The position numbers and the translations under genes were made by a program. Shown here piece by piece: positions 24,130-37,780 of a stretch of 64,000 nucleotides of DNA (the stretch's first letter is position 1; the number at the start of each line of letters is the position of its first letter). The notes below the pieces were generated by a model. The model made no database searches, was not told the DNA's origin, and saw only the letters and a program-made list of their open reading frames with translations. Source of the stretch: Octopus bimaculoides (taxonomy: Eukaryota); the NCBI RefSeq assembly GCF_001194135.2, contig NC_068986.1, forward strand, positions 63,496,700 through 63,560,699. The letters are read 5' to 3'.

Positions 24130-24490
24130 TGTCTTGATGAAGAGGAGATACTGCCATTCACTAGAATGGCTGGTCCCTCCGTCAGATTTTCATTAGGAAG
24201 ACTCTCTTTCTCTCATTCATTCTCCACACTTAGAAGTCTTTCTTAATAGCACTTCTATGTCTCTTTTTTTCCCCAGAATCACTAAATGATCTTTCTAAAT
24301 GCATTATCTTTCTGAATGTATTCCTCACTTCAGCATCTCAATTTTCTCTGATATACTGCCCTGCTGTCCAGAACACCATGTGCCTCTGATCCTCACACTG
24401 TGAAACATCAGTAAACCTCTTCCTTTCTGTTTCTTCCCTTGCTAAACAGACCTGTCTCCTAACTTTTCTCCTAACTACTAGCTACCTACA
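24130..24490 (-). mobile_element. RTE LINE fragment
   Basis: Similar to the RTE copies at 30700-30960 and 44400-44580 (ATTAGGAAGACTCT...CATTCTCCAC...TAATAGC). Confidence 0.65.
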
Positions 24491-24554
24491 GTTATGGACA
24501 AAATTTACAAAAAAGAAAGTATTTATCTTCCAATGCAATGTTGAGTACTACATT

Positions 24555-24740
24555 AATCCTTTACCATTCAGATTACTTGATCAAATGTAATCCTTATTCA
24601 TTCACATTGTTTTGAATTAATCATGTATTATCTCATTGCTTTGTGATTTTAATGATATAATTGTATATTTTTAGAATGACATAGTAGGGTAGGTGTGAGA
24701 TGCTAAATCTGATATGACCAGTTTAAATGTTAAAAGTTAA
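24555..24740. mobile_element. piggyBac-type MITE (TTAA-ended), decayed
   Basis: TTAATCCTTTACCATTCAG...AATGTTAAAAGTTAA ends; similar copy at 38840-39060. Confidence 0.55.
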
Positions 24741-27700
24741 AAAAGGATGGAAGAAAACTCTTTGGAGAACAATAACCTCATTTTCAGAGTGTACATTAAC
24801 ACTTTTTAAATCTACATTGTTTCCATTATTACAATCACTAATCGTTATCATGTACTTTATTCCTGAATATTCCACAATATTCAGATGCTGAACTAGGAAT
24901 CTATATTTTTTTAACTAATGGTAGTAATGTTCTTAACCAGTGAGGCAATGTTTCTTATGGTGGAGATGGAGGGCAGGCCCCCGGGGTGGAGTTTGTGAAT
25001 AGTGAAAAGAAGGGGAAGAAATTGCTATGTTAGATAGTTTTAAAATTAAAGCTGTTCAACATCATTGCAAAAAAAGAAGAATTATACAGATACAAAATTT
25101 ATTTTGTTTTCACATTAATAAGAATGTGTGAGTAAAAAAATTTCCTAAATATTTTGTGAGGGGCCTGATATATGTTACTTTAAGAAACACTGCACTAAAC
25201 CATTGGAGTATATGAAGTAATTTAGTGAATAAAGACATTCCTGATGTTTGTTTATAAATAAGGAGTCCTAATTTGAACTCAATCAGAGATCATGTATCTA
25301 TCCAACAATAAGACATCTGTTGATTGGACAAATAAAAATGCAATGTAGAAAGTGTGTGTGTGTGTGAGTGTGTGTGTGTGCGCGCACGCGTGCGTGTGTG
25401 TATGTGTATGTGTCTCCTACCATCATTTGACAACTGGTGTTGGTGTGTTTACATTCCCATAACTTAGTGATTCTGCAAAAGAGATTGACAGGCTTAAAAA
25501 CTAATTTTAGGGGTCAAGTTGTTTGACTAAAATTCTTTCAAGGCAGTCAAAAATAACTGCTTGGCTGTAGTCAAAATGACTGAAACAAGTAAAAGATGAA
25601 AAGATAAAAGATAACCAACAGCTGCATCAGAAAGATTTAGGCATTAAAGGATTTTGACTTTCAACCAAGATCCAGTGATATCTATTTTCTTTCTGAATTG
25701 TTGTTCTTGCTGCTGTTGCTACTGCTATTATTGCTGTTAATTTGGTTCTATTGCTTTCTACTATTCATAGCACTTTATGAAAATTGCTCTCCTGCTTATC
25801 AAATTTATTTCAACATCACTTAAATATAATGGAGTGACTTTTGTATTCTTCACATCAGACCAAGAGAGAACTGATGGTCAAGTTGTCAGGGTTTGGATTA
25901 GACCGCCAGTAATCTCATAACCAGGTTTGCAATTTATCTACAGCCTAGATACTTAATTTTTGAGTGGCCCTGTTTACTTATCTGTGAATAAGTATTATAT
26001 CATAGAGTGGGAGCAAATCAATGATGTAAGCAGTGCAAAGACTATAAATTGTCAGACTCATTAGAGCTGTTTGACTCTTTGTATTGAGAGTTCAATTGTT
26101 CCATGTTTGACTTTACCTTTCCTCCTACTGGCATCAATTAATAAAGTACCAATCAAGTACTGGAGTTGCTTAAGTGATTGGTTTCCCCCTCATAGAGAAA
26201 TCATCAGGTTCTAGGACACAAACTTCCTGTTTTAAAGTGATCCCAATTGAAATCTTCCATCAAAATCTTATGTTAATTTGTTCCAAATGCCAGCTTAATA
26301 ATGACTGAGTTATTAATTAATTAGAGTAGTGTATTTCAACAAAAATCATCAACATCATCACCATTCTAACATCCTCTTTTCCATGCTTGCATGGGTTTGA
26401 TGATGTTTAGTGAAGCATGTTTTCTATGACCACCTTTCTATGACTACCTTTCTTGAAAAGGTAATATTTCCCCATGGCCAGGCATGTTTTGGCACACTAT
26501 TGAAAATGAATGAAACTGCTACTTCAACAGTGATACTCATTTACAACTATCACACAATTCAAGATAAGGAAACATAGTTTCAGTTTCTGTCTACCAAATC
26601 TTTTCAGTTTCCATCTACACAATGCTTTGGTTGACCCAGGGTTACAGTAGAAGACACTTGCCCAATGTGCCACACAGTGGAACTAAGAGCAAAATCATGT
26701 GATAGGGAAGTGAACTTACAGCCATGTATGTGCATTTATGGTAACAAAAGGGTTAAAACATACAATTACACCAATTTGGCATTATAGGTGTCATCATTAT
26801 CAGCAGCAACAACAGTAACAGCATCATTTGAAATACAAAGATGAAAAAATGAAGGTGTTCTGAAATAATATCTTAACAGGTTAGTAGGTCACTACTGAAG
26901 ATCTTGTCCTCAGTTGATGTATGAAGAGCAAGTGGCAAGTTAGACTTGGTAAATCTGATCCACTTCTTACTTATTTCATTACAACCAGAAATCAAAATTA
27001 CAAGATGTATAAGTGAAATAAAATTGTACAACTAGAAATTTCACCTATGTCACAAATTCAACTTGCCAAGAACAGTTCTCACATATATTACAGTTTGGGA
27101 GTTCTATCCAGACTGTCACACTGTATTCCATATGGTTCACCATTACTTGTCAGAGTGAGCAGCATGGGCTTTCATCTAGGCAGAGAAATGATATACCTGA
27201 AAGAACAGATCTGTGAGTTGTACCAAATGGACTGACCAACTTATTATGTGTCATAGAGTTACTTGGAAAAAACTGACTTGAAGAACACAGACTTCTATTG
27301 GTAATCAGTATTGTGCTTGTTTTCTTTAGTACTTAAATTTATCAAACACACTCTTCTATAACAAGAGTCTTCAGTAATATCCAATATTACTAAAACTCTG
27401 GTTATGTTTACAGATGGTGGTGCCCCAGCATGGTTGCAGTACAATGACTAAAACAAGTAAAAGAATAAAAGAACAGAAATAATTGTATTGTATTGCGTTT
27501 TCTGTATATTTTTAAAATTTTGTATTGCATTTTTATTGTATTGTTTTTTTTTTTTTCTGAAAAAGTATTGAAGAAGTGAATTATAATTTATAACATGTAA
27601 GTCAAGAGGAAATTAGGTTTGCATTATGGAATTAACTTTCAGGAAAACAATTTTCTCATAATCTGGATGATTGTTGGATATCTTCATAAACAAAACAGTT

Positions 27701-29999
27701 TATAGTTTACTTGAGTTTTTATGTGTATATGTTTACAAGCATATAAACATACACAAACATACACTCTCTCTTTCTCTTTCTCTTTCTCTCTCTCTCTCTC
27801 TCTTTTTTTTTTTTTTTGATATCCACACCTATATGCCATACCGATGTCCAGCCTTGCCATCCACTTCTTTCCACTTTGTTCATAAAGTTATCATTGACTA
27901 ATGACCCTAAATTATTGACCCATACTATATATAGGTTACTTGAATGTCATTAAGCATACAAAAGCAAAATATAAATACAAACAAATATGAGTGATGAATG
28001 AACATCAACGAATACTTCTATTATTCCACACAAAGAATTAATTATCAAAGAAGAAAACAAATAAAATGATGATGATGGTGGTGGTGGTGGTGTGGTGGCC
28101 TTAGCAGCGGCAGTGGTGGTGCTGATGGTGACGATGAAAGAAAATTCAAGAGAATTAAGATAGACAAACAATGTTTAAAAGCTAACTTATGAAACCAGTT
28201 ATATATTTTATCAAAACTAGTGTACTAGCAGAATTGCCCAGTTTTCAATCATTTTTCAAAAATAGAAGTGACCTCTTAACAATCCCAACAACACACACAT
28301 TACTACAAATTATCTAATGAGAGACATTCACCATGTGAACTTGACTTGCTAGAAATAGCAATCAAATTCTTTTAAAGATTACACTCTATTATCTAAGAAA
28401 AGAAAGACATGTTAGATAATTTAGTCCTAAGATACACAATGTCTGGAAAAAAAAATTATGGTTGTCTTGGCTGGAATGGTGTTGTTTGCTAGTTTTGTCA
28501 TCAGAGTTAGGAGTCTTGGGGCTGAACAACAACAAGCCATAAGATAAAAGATTAAGTTTACTTAATAAAAACACTCATTTCAATTTTTATGCTTTTTTTT
28601 TCAGTGAAATATTTTCAATTCTTTTTATTTCTAGATTTTTTGGCATTTTTCTTTTGTTCCTGGTCAGTCCTGATCCAGCATATCAAAGGTGTTTCAATCA
28701 TGATCAATCATTTAATTTGCTTATTTTTTACACAGAGTGTATCTCGGACTACATTATTCAATGTGCCCCAAGTTTTGTTGCATTTTTTTTAAATGGTTGC
28801 ATAGAATTTAATTTGAAACAGATTTAGCTGCTATTTCTAACAGGTTGAGTAACTGCATATAAAATCTCTTATTTCTAGTTTTGATGGAATGACAGAAAGG
28901 GGCAGTCTATTCTGCCTTTTCATCCAACTATCTATTTGGGTCATTTCAAATGCTTCCTCCACGGATACATGGCATTGTGCCAAAATAAAAAGTCGTTATT
29001 AGTTGCTTTTTCATTAAAAAGAAATTTTGTCAAAATGAAGAAAATAAAAAAATGATGTAGCTCTCAGTTATGCTTTTGCAAACTGAGCTATGGCACTTGT
29101 ACAAATGGGCAGTGCAAATGATTTTAAAAAAAAAAAATTATGCCAAAGATAAGTTTAAAATGATGTCAAAGATAAGTTTAAAAGGCTGTTTGAATTATTC
29201 CAGGGATTAAGTAATTTATCAAAAGCATTTACAAGCCTCCTCCCTCCTCTTTATCCAATTATCACCTCCCCTTGTCCTTCTCCATTAACAGACATTCTTA
29301 TCAGTTGACCTTTTATTCCTTTTCCAACTGAAGTCAGAGGCACCTCTGAATGTTTTACATTCTTTGCTGTTTTTAGTACCTCATCCTTTCACACCTGGAG
29401 TTCAGAAATTTCAGGCACACTGTATGTATATATCAGTTTCAACTTTTGGTTGGTAGTTTTGGTTGGTAGAGTAAATTTTGTTCAATTCATTATTCTTTCA
29501 ATTTTCTTCTTGGTTGAACCCACCAGAACACAATACCAATATTGAATTCAGTGAAAAATATCACTCTTCCTCTTTAAAGTATAGAACCTGAATTGGGTCA
29601 GCATATTTTTATATGCATTGAGCCTCATCATTGTGTGCAGTTGATATTCTAGCAAGTTGACACTACTGTTTGATTTCAATTTACTGTTGTGACCATTTCA
29701 CTCCACATGCACTATTAATGTAGAAGAGAGATAAAGTATGGATGGTGAAAGAATCGCATTATTTATAAGTTTAAGGGCACCTGCCTTTGGAAAAAGAAGA
29801 ACCAGCAGAAAAAGCATGCTGGATCAAATAGCTGACATGATGCAGTTTCACACACACGCATATGGATACACATACACATCTATGTACACGTGTGTGTATT
29901 TTAATAATAGCTTTGCTGTGCTGCATAAGACTTAAAATTTTGTGGGCTTGTAAGATGAACCTATCTCATCAGATATCTAGAGAAGGGTAAAGGGATTTG

Positions 30000-30960
30000 A
30001 GACAAGTTTGAGATGGCTTCTAGATGTTAGGCCTTTATTATCAGCTCAGTTCATTGATGTTAATACTATAAAAATAAGGTCATTAGAATAGAGAAGTTCC
30101 CATGGGCACACAGCCTTAAACTCCTCTGTTATGGCCTGAAGAACTATAATGAATAGGAGGGGACTGAGAACTGAGCCCTTGTAAACTACTTGCACACTAA
30201 ATTCATTGCTACACTTGTTGCTAACTCTCAGCTTACAGACAGAACCCCTGTATATGGCTTGAACAGCTCTCTCCAGCCATTCATCTCCACAGTTCCAAAG
30301 TAACCACAAGATCATAGTAAAAGGGACTCTATTGAAGGTGTTCTCCCGGTTGATGCTTGCTAATTTCAGTGATTTATTTTTGGCTAAATACTTCTCTTGC
30401 AGTTGTCTTACTAGAAAGAGAGCATCAGTAGTGCTTATTCATGGCACAAAACTAAGTTGCATCTCATCTAGGCTAAATCCCTTCCTAATTAGTTGAGCTA
30501 TAACTAATTTTGTAACTTTATTGACCTTATCTGGCAATTTGATAACTCTTTTACTCTTGTAACAGCTGACCATAATGCTGCTACACCAGTCACTGGATAT
30601 GACCCCTTCTTGACAGTGCATATCTTACACTGCCAGATATTTTAAGGGTCTCTATGATGATTTCTGATAGACCAGGGACTTACCCTGCCTTCATATCCTT
30701 AATTGCTTTTCTATCAAACTGCTGTCAACTAGAATAGTTAATCCCTCTGTTGGATCCACATTAGGAAGACTCTTTCTTCCATACGTTTTCCACATTTAAT
30801 AACCTTTTATAGTAGCACCTGCATGCATAGCACTATTTATTCATCCACACATTTGTCTCCCACAACATCTCAATTCTCTCTGATAAACTGTCTTGCAATC
30901 CAGTCCACCTTGCAACTTCTACTGGCAAATCTCTTCCTTTCTGCTTCTCCCCTTGCTATG
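30000..30960 (-). mobile_element. RTE LINE RT fragment
   Basis: WLERAVQAIYRGSVCKLRV...KGSVLSPLLFIIVLQAITEEFKAVCPWELLY; SSIMVSCYK. Confidence 0.85.
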
Positions 30961-31230
30961 TAAACCTGCAGTGACAACATCATAATGAAACAACGATGAT
31001 GAGTATTGGTACAACATTGACAATATATCAACAACTTACTGATACAAAGATAGCAATCTTTGATGAAGAGATAACAAACAAAATACTATTAGTAGGAGGC
31101 TAACAGCAATGGTGGTAATAAAATTCAGATGCATTAATGAAAATAAAAATAGAAATTAAAATATAAAAGTCAAAACAAACAATAGACAAATACATAAACA
31201 AAAGATATATGAAATTTCAATATTACTCTA

Positions 31231-31461
31231 CAGGGTTGGCCAAAAGTCACCTGACAGTAAATCAAAACCATTTAATTCCAAGATTTATTTGTTTAACAAC
31301 TGAATGAATTTAATAAAAGCATCTAAATATGAAACCTCATGAAAATTGTTCAAACTGAAGTACTTCTTGAGCAATATATTTTTCCATTCGAGTCAATACA
31401 GAATTACAGATAGTATTTATGGAATTCTGATTGACTGCCGGGTGACTTTTGGCCAAACCTT
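31231..31461. mobile_element. Tc1/mariner-type MITE with TA TSD
   Basis: TA|CAGGGTTGGCCAAAAGTCACCTGACAGT ... ACTGCCGGGTGACTTTTGGCCAAACCTT|TA. Confidence 0.85.
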
Positions 31462-31469
31462 TATAATAA

Positions 31470-31670
31470 GGCAGCAAGCTGGTAGAATCATTAGCACACC
31501 AGGCAATATGCTTAGCAGCATTTCATCCATTTTTATGCTCTGAGCCAACCATGCCTTTCATCCTTTTGGGGTCAATAAGTACCTGTTGAGCACTGGGGTT
31601 GATATAATTAATTTGCTCCCTCCCCAAACATTGCTGGCTTTGTGCCAAAATTTGAAATCAATATTACTCT
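31470..31670 (+). mobile_element. SINE family A
   Basis: GCTGGTAGAATCATTAGCAC...CCTTTCATCCTTTTGGGGTC...GTGCCAAAATTTGAAA. Confidence 0.8.
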
Positions 31671-32176
31671 ATAACATTTCTGTAAATGAAACCTCATTTT
31701 AGAAATGACAGAGTTACATCTGTTTATGTCCATCATGGTAATATTTAAGCAACATTGTATCTTATTTAGTCACAAAATATTGATTATTTTAATAATATCT
31801 TCCAATCAGCTGATCTAGAAATTCCGTTTTATTAAATAGAAGTGGTTCCATCCACACGCCTCAACAAACCATTTCCAAAGACAGTCTTGCATCTAATTTA
31901 GAACTTACCGTATTTTCACGCTTGATATTTATTATGAATCAGGATTGTTGTTATATGTGTTGCTTTTGCTGTTGTTGATATTTTAATGTGTTATTCTTTT
32001 TGCTGATTTTACTGTAATTATTATGAAGCCTAAAAAAAAAAAAAAAAGAAATCATCATGATTATTATTAACATTGATTCTAACAGTATTTCTACCTAGCC
32101 CTTTTCCTCTATGCCTTCTGTCTATCACCTACTCTGTTACACACACACACTCTCTCTCTCTCTCTCTCTCTCTCTC

Positions 32177-32286
32177 NNNNNNNNNNNNNNNNNNNNNNNN
32201 NNNNNNNNNNNNNNNNNNNNNNNNNNNNNNNNNNNNNNNNNNNNNNNNNNNNNNNNNNNNNNNNNNNNNNNNNNNNNNNNNNNNNN
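32177..32286. other. assembly gap (110 N) between (TC)n and (TA)n
   Basis: N run. Confidence 1.
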
Positions 32287-32449
32287 ATATATATATATAT
32301 ATATATATACGAGACATTCTGATTAAAACATGATGTGAAAGAGGAGGTACTTATTGATCTCAAAAGGATGAAAGGCATGGTTGACTCAGAGCATAAAAAT
32401 GGATGAAATGCTGCTAAGCATTTTGCCTGGTGTGCTAATGAAACATAGA

Positions 32450-33170
32450 AGACAACTGGAAGTTCTCACAGTTCCACCTTCTCAAAGCCACAGACCAAAT
32501 CTGTGACTGGGGCAAAGTCTCTGCCAGACAAAGAGTGATATTGTGAAGTAGATAGGTCTATAAAAATAAAGAGACAGGGTTGGAAAGATTGAGGAAATTG
32601 AGGCAGCAAAGAGCTATATCAGGTAGCCAAGAAGGAAGCTAGTTGACAGGTTTATCAAGCAAGGGCAGAAGCAGAAAAGAAGAGGTATGCCAATGTCTTG
32701 TATGTATGGAGATCAAACACTTGAGGTGTTCTAGATTGCTAGACAGTGCATCAAAAAGTTATGAAAGAGAAGTGTGTATGGATGGATAATGGTATGCTTA
32801 CACTTAGTGACTCAGAAAAGAAAGAGGTTTGAAAGTATTACTATGAAAGGCTATTAAATATGGAGGATGAATGGGAGAAAGGGAGTCTCTCACATGGGAA
32901 TCAAATTGAGGGGCCAGCTGTTTGAGTTGACAGCTGTATGATAGGTAAGGCAATTTAGGATATAAAAGCTGGGACAGCTCTGGTCCATTGGAAGTTACCT
33001 CTGAAATGCTTAAAATATCTGGCAGAGTAGGATATGGTTTGGTCACCCGTATACTTAATCAAATTATTTATGAAGGTGTCATCCCAATGACTGGTGTAGC
33101 AGTATTATAGTCAGCTGCTACAAGGTTAAGGGAGATGCCTTAGTTAGAAGTAATTACAAAGGCATCAATA
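32450..33170 (+). mobile_element. RTE LINE fragment (pre-RT/RT start)
   Basis: Same family as 44000-44580 in opposite orientation (TACACTTAGTGAC...GAAAGGCTATTAAAT...GTCATCCCAATGACTGGTGTAGCAGTATTATAGTCAGCTGCTACAAGG). Confidence 0.8.
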
Positions 33171-34544
33171 TGGGATCTACGCTCTAATATGGGAGCTATG
33201 AGTAATTGAACGACCTTCTATATGACCACCTAACCTGCTAGAAATAGCAGCCAAATACCCACACTGGAAAGATTAATTAACGAACATCATCTTAGAAATA
33301 CCCAAGAAAAGATGGGATACTCATTGCTTGAATGCCTTTGATCACATGTCTGCTAGATCAGAACTGACAAGAAACTAAACAACAGTTATAGTAACTTCCA
33401 GTCATGTAAGTACCATTGCTGCTGCTACTACTGCAGCTGCTGCTGCTGCTGCTGCTGCTGCTACTACTACTACTACTACTGTTGCTGCTGCTGCTGTAAC
33501 TGTATATGCTGCTGATGTTGCTGTGACTGTAACTGTTTTAAACATCTCAGCAACATATAACCACTGATGCTACCAACAACAGCGGCAGCATTGTTATCAT
33601 CCTCACTTCCAGTCAATGTGGTTACTCACTAAATTGAAATAAATGCCAGTTTTCTCTCCAATCATAATCTACCATTTTCGAAAAGGAAATTACACATTTG
33701 TAGATACACTACACCTAAAAAAATAGAAAGGATTGTCATAGCTGGAACACCTTTCATCAAAGAAAATTAATCTAGGGTTAAACAATAATAACAACCATCA
33801 TCATCATCAGCAGCAGCAGCACCACCACCACCACCACAACCACTATACCAACAAGAGAACCATTATGTGATCATTCAATCTGGCAAGAATAGCAGCCAAA
33901 TCTCCCTCAAATCCTATCCAACAATCTTGAAAGAAAATGTGGCGGGACACATTTGATACGTAGTTCTAGATACCTTTACCAAGACAGGATGACCCAGGCT
34001 GGAATATCCTTTTTAACGTATCTGCTCAGTTAAGGTTGACCTGAGACTAAACACCAACAACAATAACAAAACCATCTGCACCACTGATACTGACAACTTC
34101 ATCAGTGCCTCCACCACCACCACCAAAACCACCACCACAGTCATCACCACTACTATTACTATTAATACTACAGCTATTGTTGCTGATATTACTACAATGA
34201 CAAGTCCAGCTATTGACTTATCATCATATACCACCACTACCACATCAACCCCACCACCATCACTACCGTCACAACTACCACTACAGCAATCACCATTACC
34301 ACCATGAGAACTGCTACAACGATAACCATCACTATCTTGACCACTTTCACTACCACACTGCCAACACACCACCTTCATCCTCAGCCCCACGCTCACTACC
34401 ACTCCTATACTACAGCTACTATTTGATGTTACAACTATCTCTACTGCTGTTACTTTTGTTAGTGTTACTGCTATCACATCTTGTTGTTTGTGTTAACTCT
34501 CTCACTATTGCTCTTTAAAAAATAATAATTTTCTAGCACAGGCA

Positions 34545-35500
34545 CAAAGCCAGAACCTTGGGTGGTGGTGAGGTTTAATTATATTGACTATAGTAGTTGA
34601 CTGGCACTTTATTTTATCAGAACAAATGCTTCAAAGCATTTTGTCTGGTACTCTAACAATTCTGCAAATCCATTACCTTTAATTATTATAATCTGAAATT
34701 TTGGTGGGAGTGGGCCAGTTGATTACATTGGCCCCAGTGCTCAAATGGTACTTATTTCATCAATCCCAAAAGGATGAAAGGTAAAGTTGACCTCTACAGA
34801 CAAAACACCACTAAGCATTTTGTCTAGCATACTGAAGATTCTGCCAGCTTGCTGCCTTAACAATAATAATAATAGTTCTTTCTACCATAGGCACAAGGCC
34901 TGAAGTTTGTGGGGAGGGGGAAGTTGACTACATCAACCTTATTACTTGACTGGTACTTATTTTAACAGCCCTGAAAGGATAAAAAGCTAAGTAAATTTCA
35001 GTGGGATTTGAACTCTGAATGTAAACATAGGCATAAGGCCACAACTTTGTGAGGTGAGAGAAGTAATCAATTAAATTGACCTTACAACTTGACCTGACTT
35101 TTATTAACCCTGTAAGAATGAAAGGTAAAAATTAACCTTCGGCAGGATTTGAATTTAGGATTTGATGATTATGATAATAATGGTTTCAAATTTTGGCACA
35201 AGGCCAGCAATTTGGGTAGACGGTAAGTCAATTACAATGACCCCAGTGTCCAAATGGTACTTATTTTATCGACCGCAAAAGGATGAAAAGCAAAGTTGAC
35301 CTCGGTGGAATTTGAACTCAGAACAGAAAGACCAACAAAATGCTGCAACAATTCTGCCAGCTCAAATCATTTCAAGCATAAGCACAAGACCATGAATTTT
35401 GAAAATGGTTTAGGTGATATAATCAATACTAGTATTCAACTGATACTTTATTTTATTGACCCAGGATGAAAGAAATTGACCATGTGATGATGTTTGAAAT
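34545..35500 (-). mobile_element. head-to-tail array of about six SINE family A copies
   Basis: Recurrent GGCACAAGGCC...GATTACATTGACCCCAGT...GGTACTTATTT...AAAGGATGAAAG units separated by TAA/GAT tracts. Confidence 0.8.
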
Positions 35501-36932
35501 CAGATTATAAAAGATTTTTACTAAGCACCAAAAGGTATTTCATCCACTGCTCTAATTATTCTGTCAATCCAATGCTCTTACCATTTCAAACATTACAAAT
35601 ACTACTTCTTATGTAACATCAGGTTTTAATATTTTATCCAATGTCCATATAGAAATATCTAATTTTCCAGGTAGTTTGTTTAAAGATATACTTGATAGAA
35701 ACTGGGTTTTTCCTCCAACAGATTTTTATGTAGTCACTTAACTTGCTTGAAATAACAACCAAATTTCCTGCATAACATCTTTACTGTCATGAAAAAGGAA
35801 AGGGATTAAAGAACAAATGTTCAATTTCCAAAGTTGGTCTTTCAGATAATGATTTATAAAATAAATTGAGGGTTTTATAAAACTGTCAAATCAATTTATA
35901 TATAATAGATATTATAAAGTTTCCTTCTCAACATCTTATCATTATTGTTTTTCCTTATCATCATCATATTAATGTTCACTTTTCTGCGCTCACATGGATT
36001 GTTAAGACAAATTTTCTACAACCCAATGCCCTTCTTATTACCAATGTTCATTTACAACTATCACACGATATCATCATAAGGAGTCACAAACACACAAACA
36101 TGTGAACACACATATATACTTATATGATGGGCTTCTTTTGGCTCCTATCAACCAAATATACTCATAAGGCTATGGTCAGCTCAAGGCTATAATAAGAGAC
36201 ACTTGCCCAAAGTGCAATGCAGTGGGATTGAATTTGAAACTATGAGTTTGGGAAGCAAACTTCTTAACCACACAACCAAGCCTTTTCTCTTCAACATTTG
36301 TTATTTATAAATTCAGTTATCATATATTTAAATTATCATGTATTTCAGGTTCCATAATAGTGTTGCTTTGATAATTCCAGATGTACTTGTAACAAATTTT
36401 CTACTTAATATACAAATCTTCAATTGTTAACAAATACTTGCAGGAGCCTTGGAAGTTACTGTTTATCACTGGTGCAGAGATGAAAAACAAATCTCATTCT
36501 GGTCTTTTGCAAATATAATATTCCCAGATGATGTGATTCATATATATGCCTCTCAACTAGATGATCTTAGGAATGTAGAAGAAAAAACGTGTTTTCCTCA
36601 AAACCAGATAAAAAGCCATTGACAGAATTTAACTCACAATTTATGTTTTCTCTTGGGTAGCAGAAATGTCTCAGACTTAGAGAATAGATTAAATTCTATT
36701 GAATTTATCTTTTGTTCATGAGGACTGCAAAAGAATAGGTCAGTGTTTCCCAAATGGTATTCCTGGACTCTAGGGTTCTGCAAGAGGGTGCTAAGGGTTC
36801 AGTAAGAAAAAGTGATAAGTAAGGTAATTATACTCAAATACATTTTGAGTAACTTTTGAATTTAATCCTCTGCTTGTAATTTTATTATATGCACATGGCA
36901 CAGGTGTGGCCATGTGGTAAGAAGTTGCTTTC

Positions 36933-37780
36933 CACTATCTGGGTGGCAGCAGAGTCAAGCTCCTTGATGTGAAAATTTTGCCTGTGGCTGATTGGATAGG
37001 GTCAAAAGCAGTTTTGATCCTGTGGACCCAATCAGCCAAGAATCTGGTTTTCCCGGATTTTTTGAAAATGGCCGGGTGCAGGTACCCATTGATTCTTGAG
37101 GGACGCTCCCCTAAGTGTCACCTGTGCCTTGAACTGGGTCACATTAAAAAGAACTGTCCCCAGGACCAGAGTAGAGTCCTGAAGCAGTTGGTCGTGGAAA
37201 AGCCCCCCCCCCTCACTCCTCTGGAAGAAGAAATGGAGGTAGTCATGGAGGGGGAGACCTCCCCCAGAAAAAAAGGAAGAAGGTGAGCGACGATGGTTGC
37301 TCACCAAGGGATCCTAAAACTGCGGGAGGAAGCATTGTTCCTCCAGTTGAGGCGAAGGAACCAACCTCTCCTGTACCAAAGACAAAAAAGAAGAAAAAAA
37401 AGAATGGGACAGTGCCAGCGATTTGCAATGCACTGCTAGCACATCCCAAAACCTCGTCAGTAGGAATTGTATCACCGATGGAGGAAATTGTGGCCCCACC
37501 CAGAGAGAATAATGAGGAATTTGTGATCTTCTTTCTCAGAGGAGGGGCCGTAGAGAGCTTCGTAAGAAGTTTTGAAGGTCAGGAACAGGTGGTCCCGACC
37601 TGCATTGGTAGCTCACATTGGCCTCCGCAGGTGGCTGTGGAGATCCTGAATGAGAGTTACTTTTATAAGATAATGCATACTTTTTCTAAGGAGGAATTCA
37701 ATTATCTTTTCTGGGACCCCGACTTACTACTGTGGGATTGCCTGCAGGCAGTGATAGATTTGATCGTGGCGGTGGAGTGA
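36933..37780 (+). pseudogene. gag/ORF1-like CCHC zinc-knuckle protein (~282 aa reconstructed, one -1 frameshift)
   Basis: LEGRSPKCHLCLELGHIKKNCP (C-x2-C-x4-H-x4-C). Frame open from the 5' junction. ORFs 36969-37286 and 37283-37780 join by adding one A to an A7 run. Confidence 0.7.

Noticed and set aside
25859-25908. peptide ELMVKLSGFGLDR resembling kinase subdomain VII
   Set aside because: Lacks the DFG aspartate, no neighbouring kinase exons were found, and it is too short to exclude chance.
36435-36620. open stretch ALEVTVYHWCRDEKQISFWSFANIIF...
   Set aside because: No convincing donor, no recognised homology, and a length within chance expectation.
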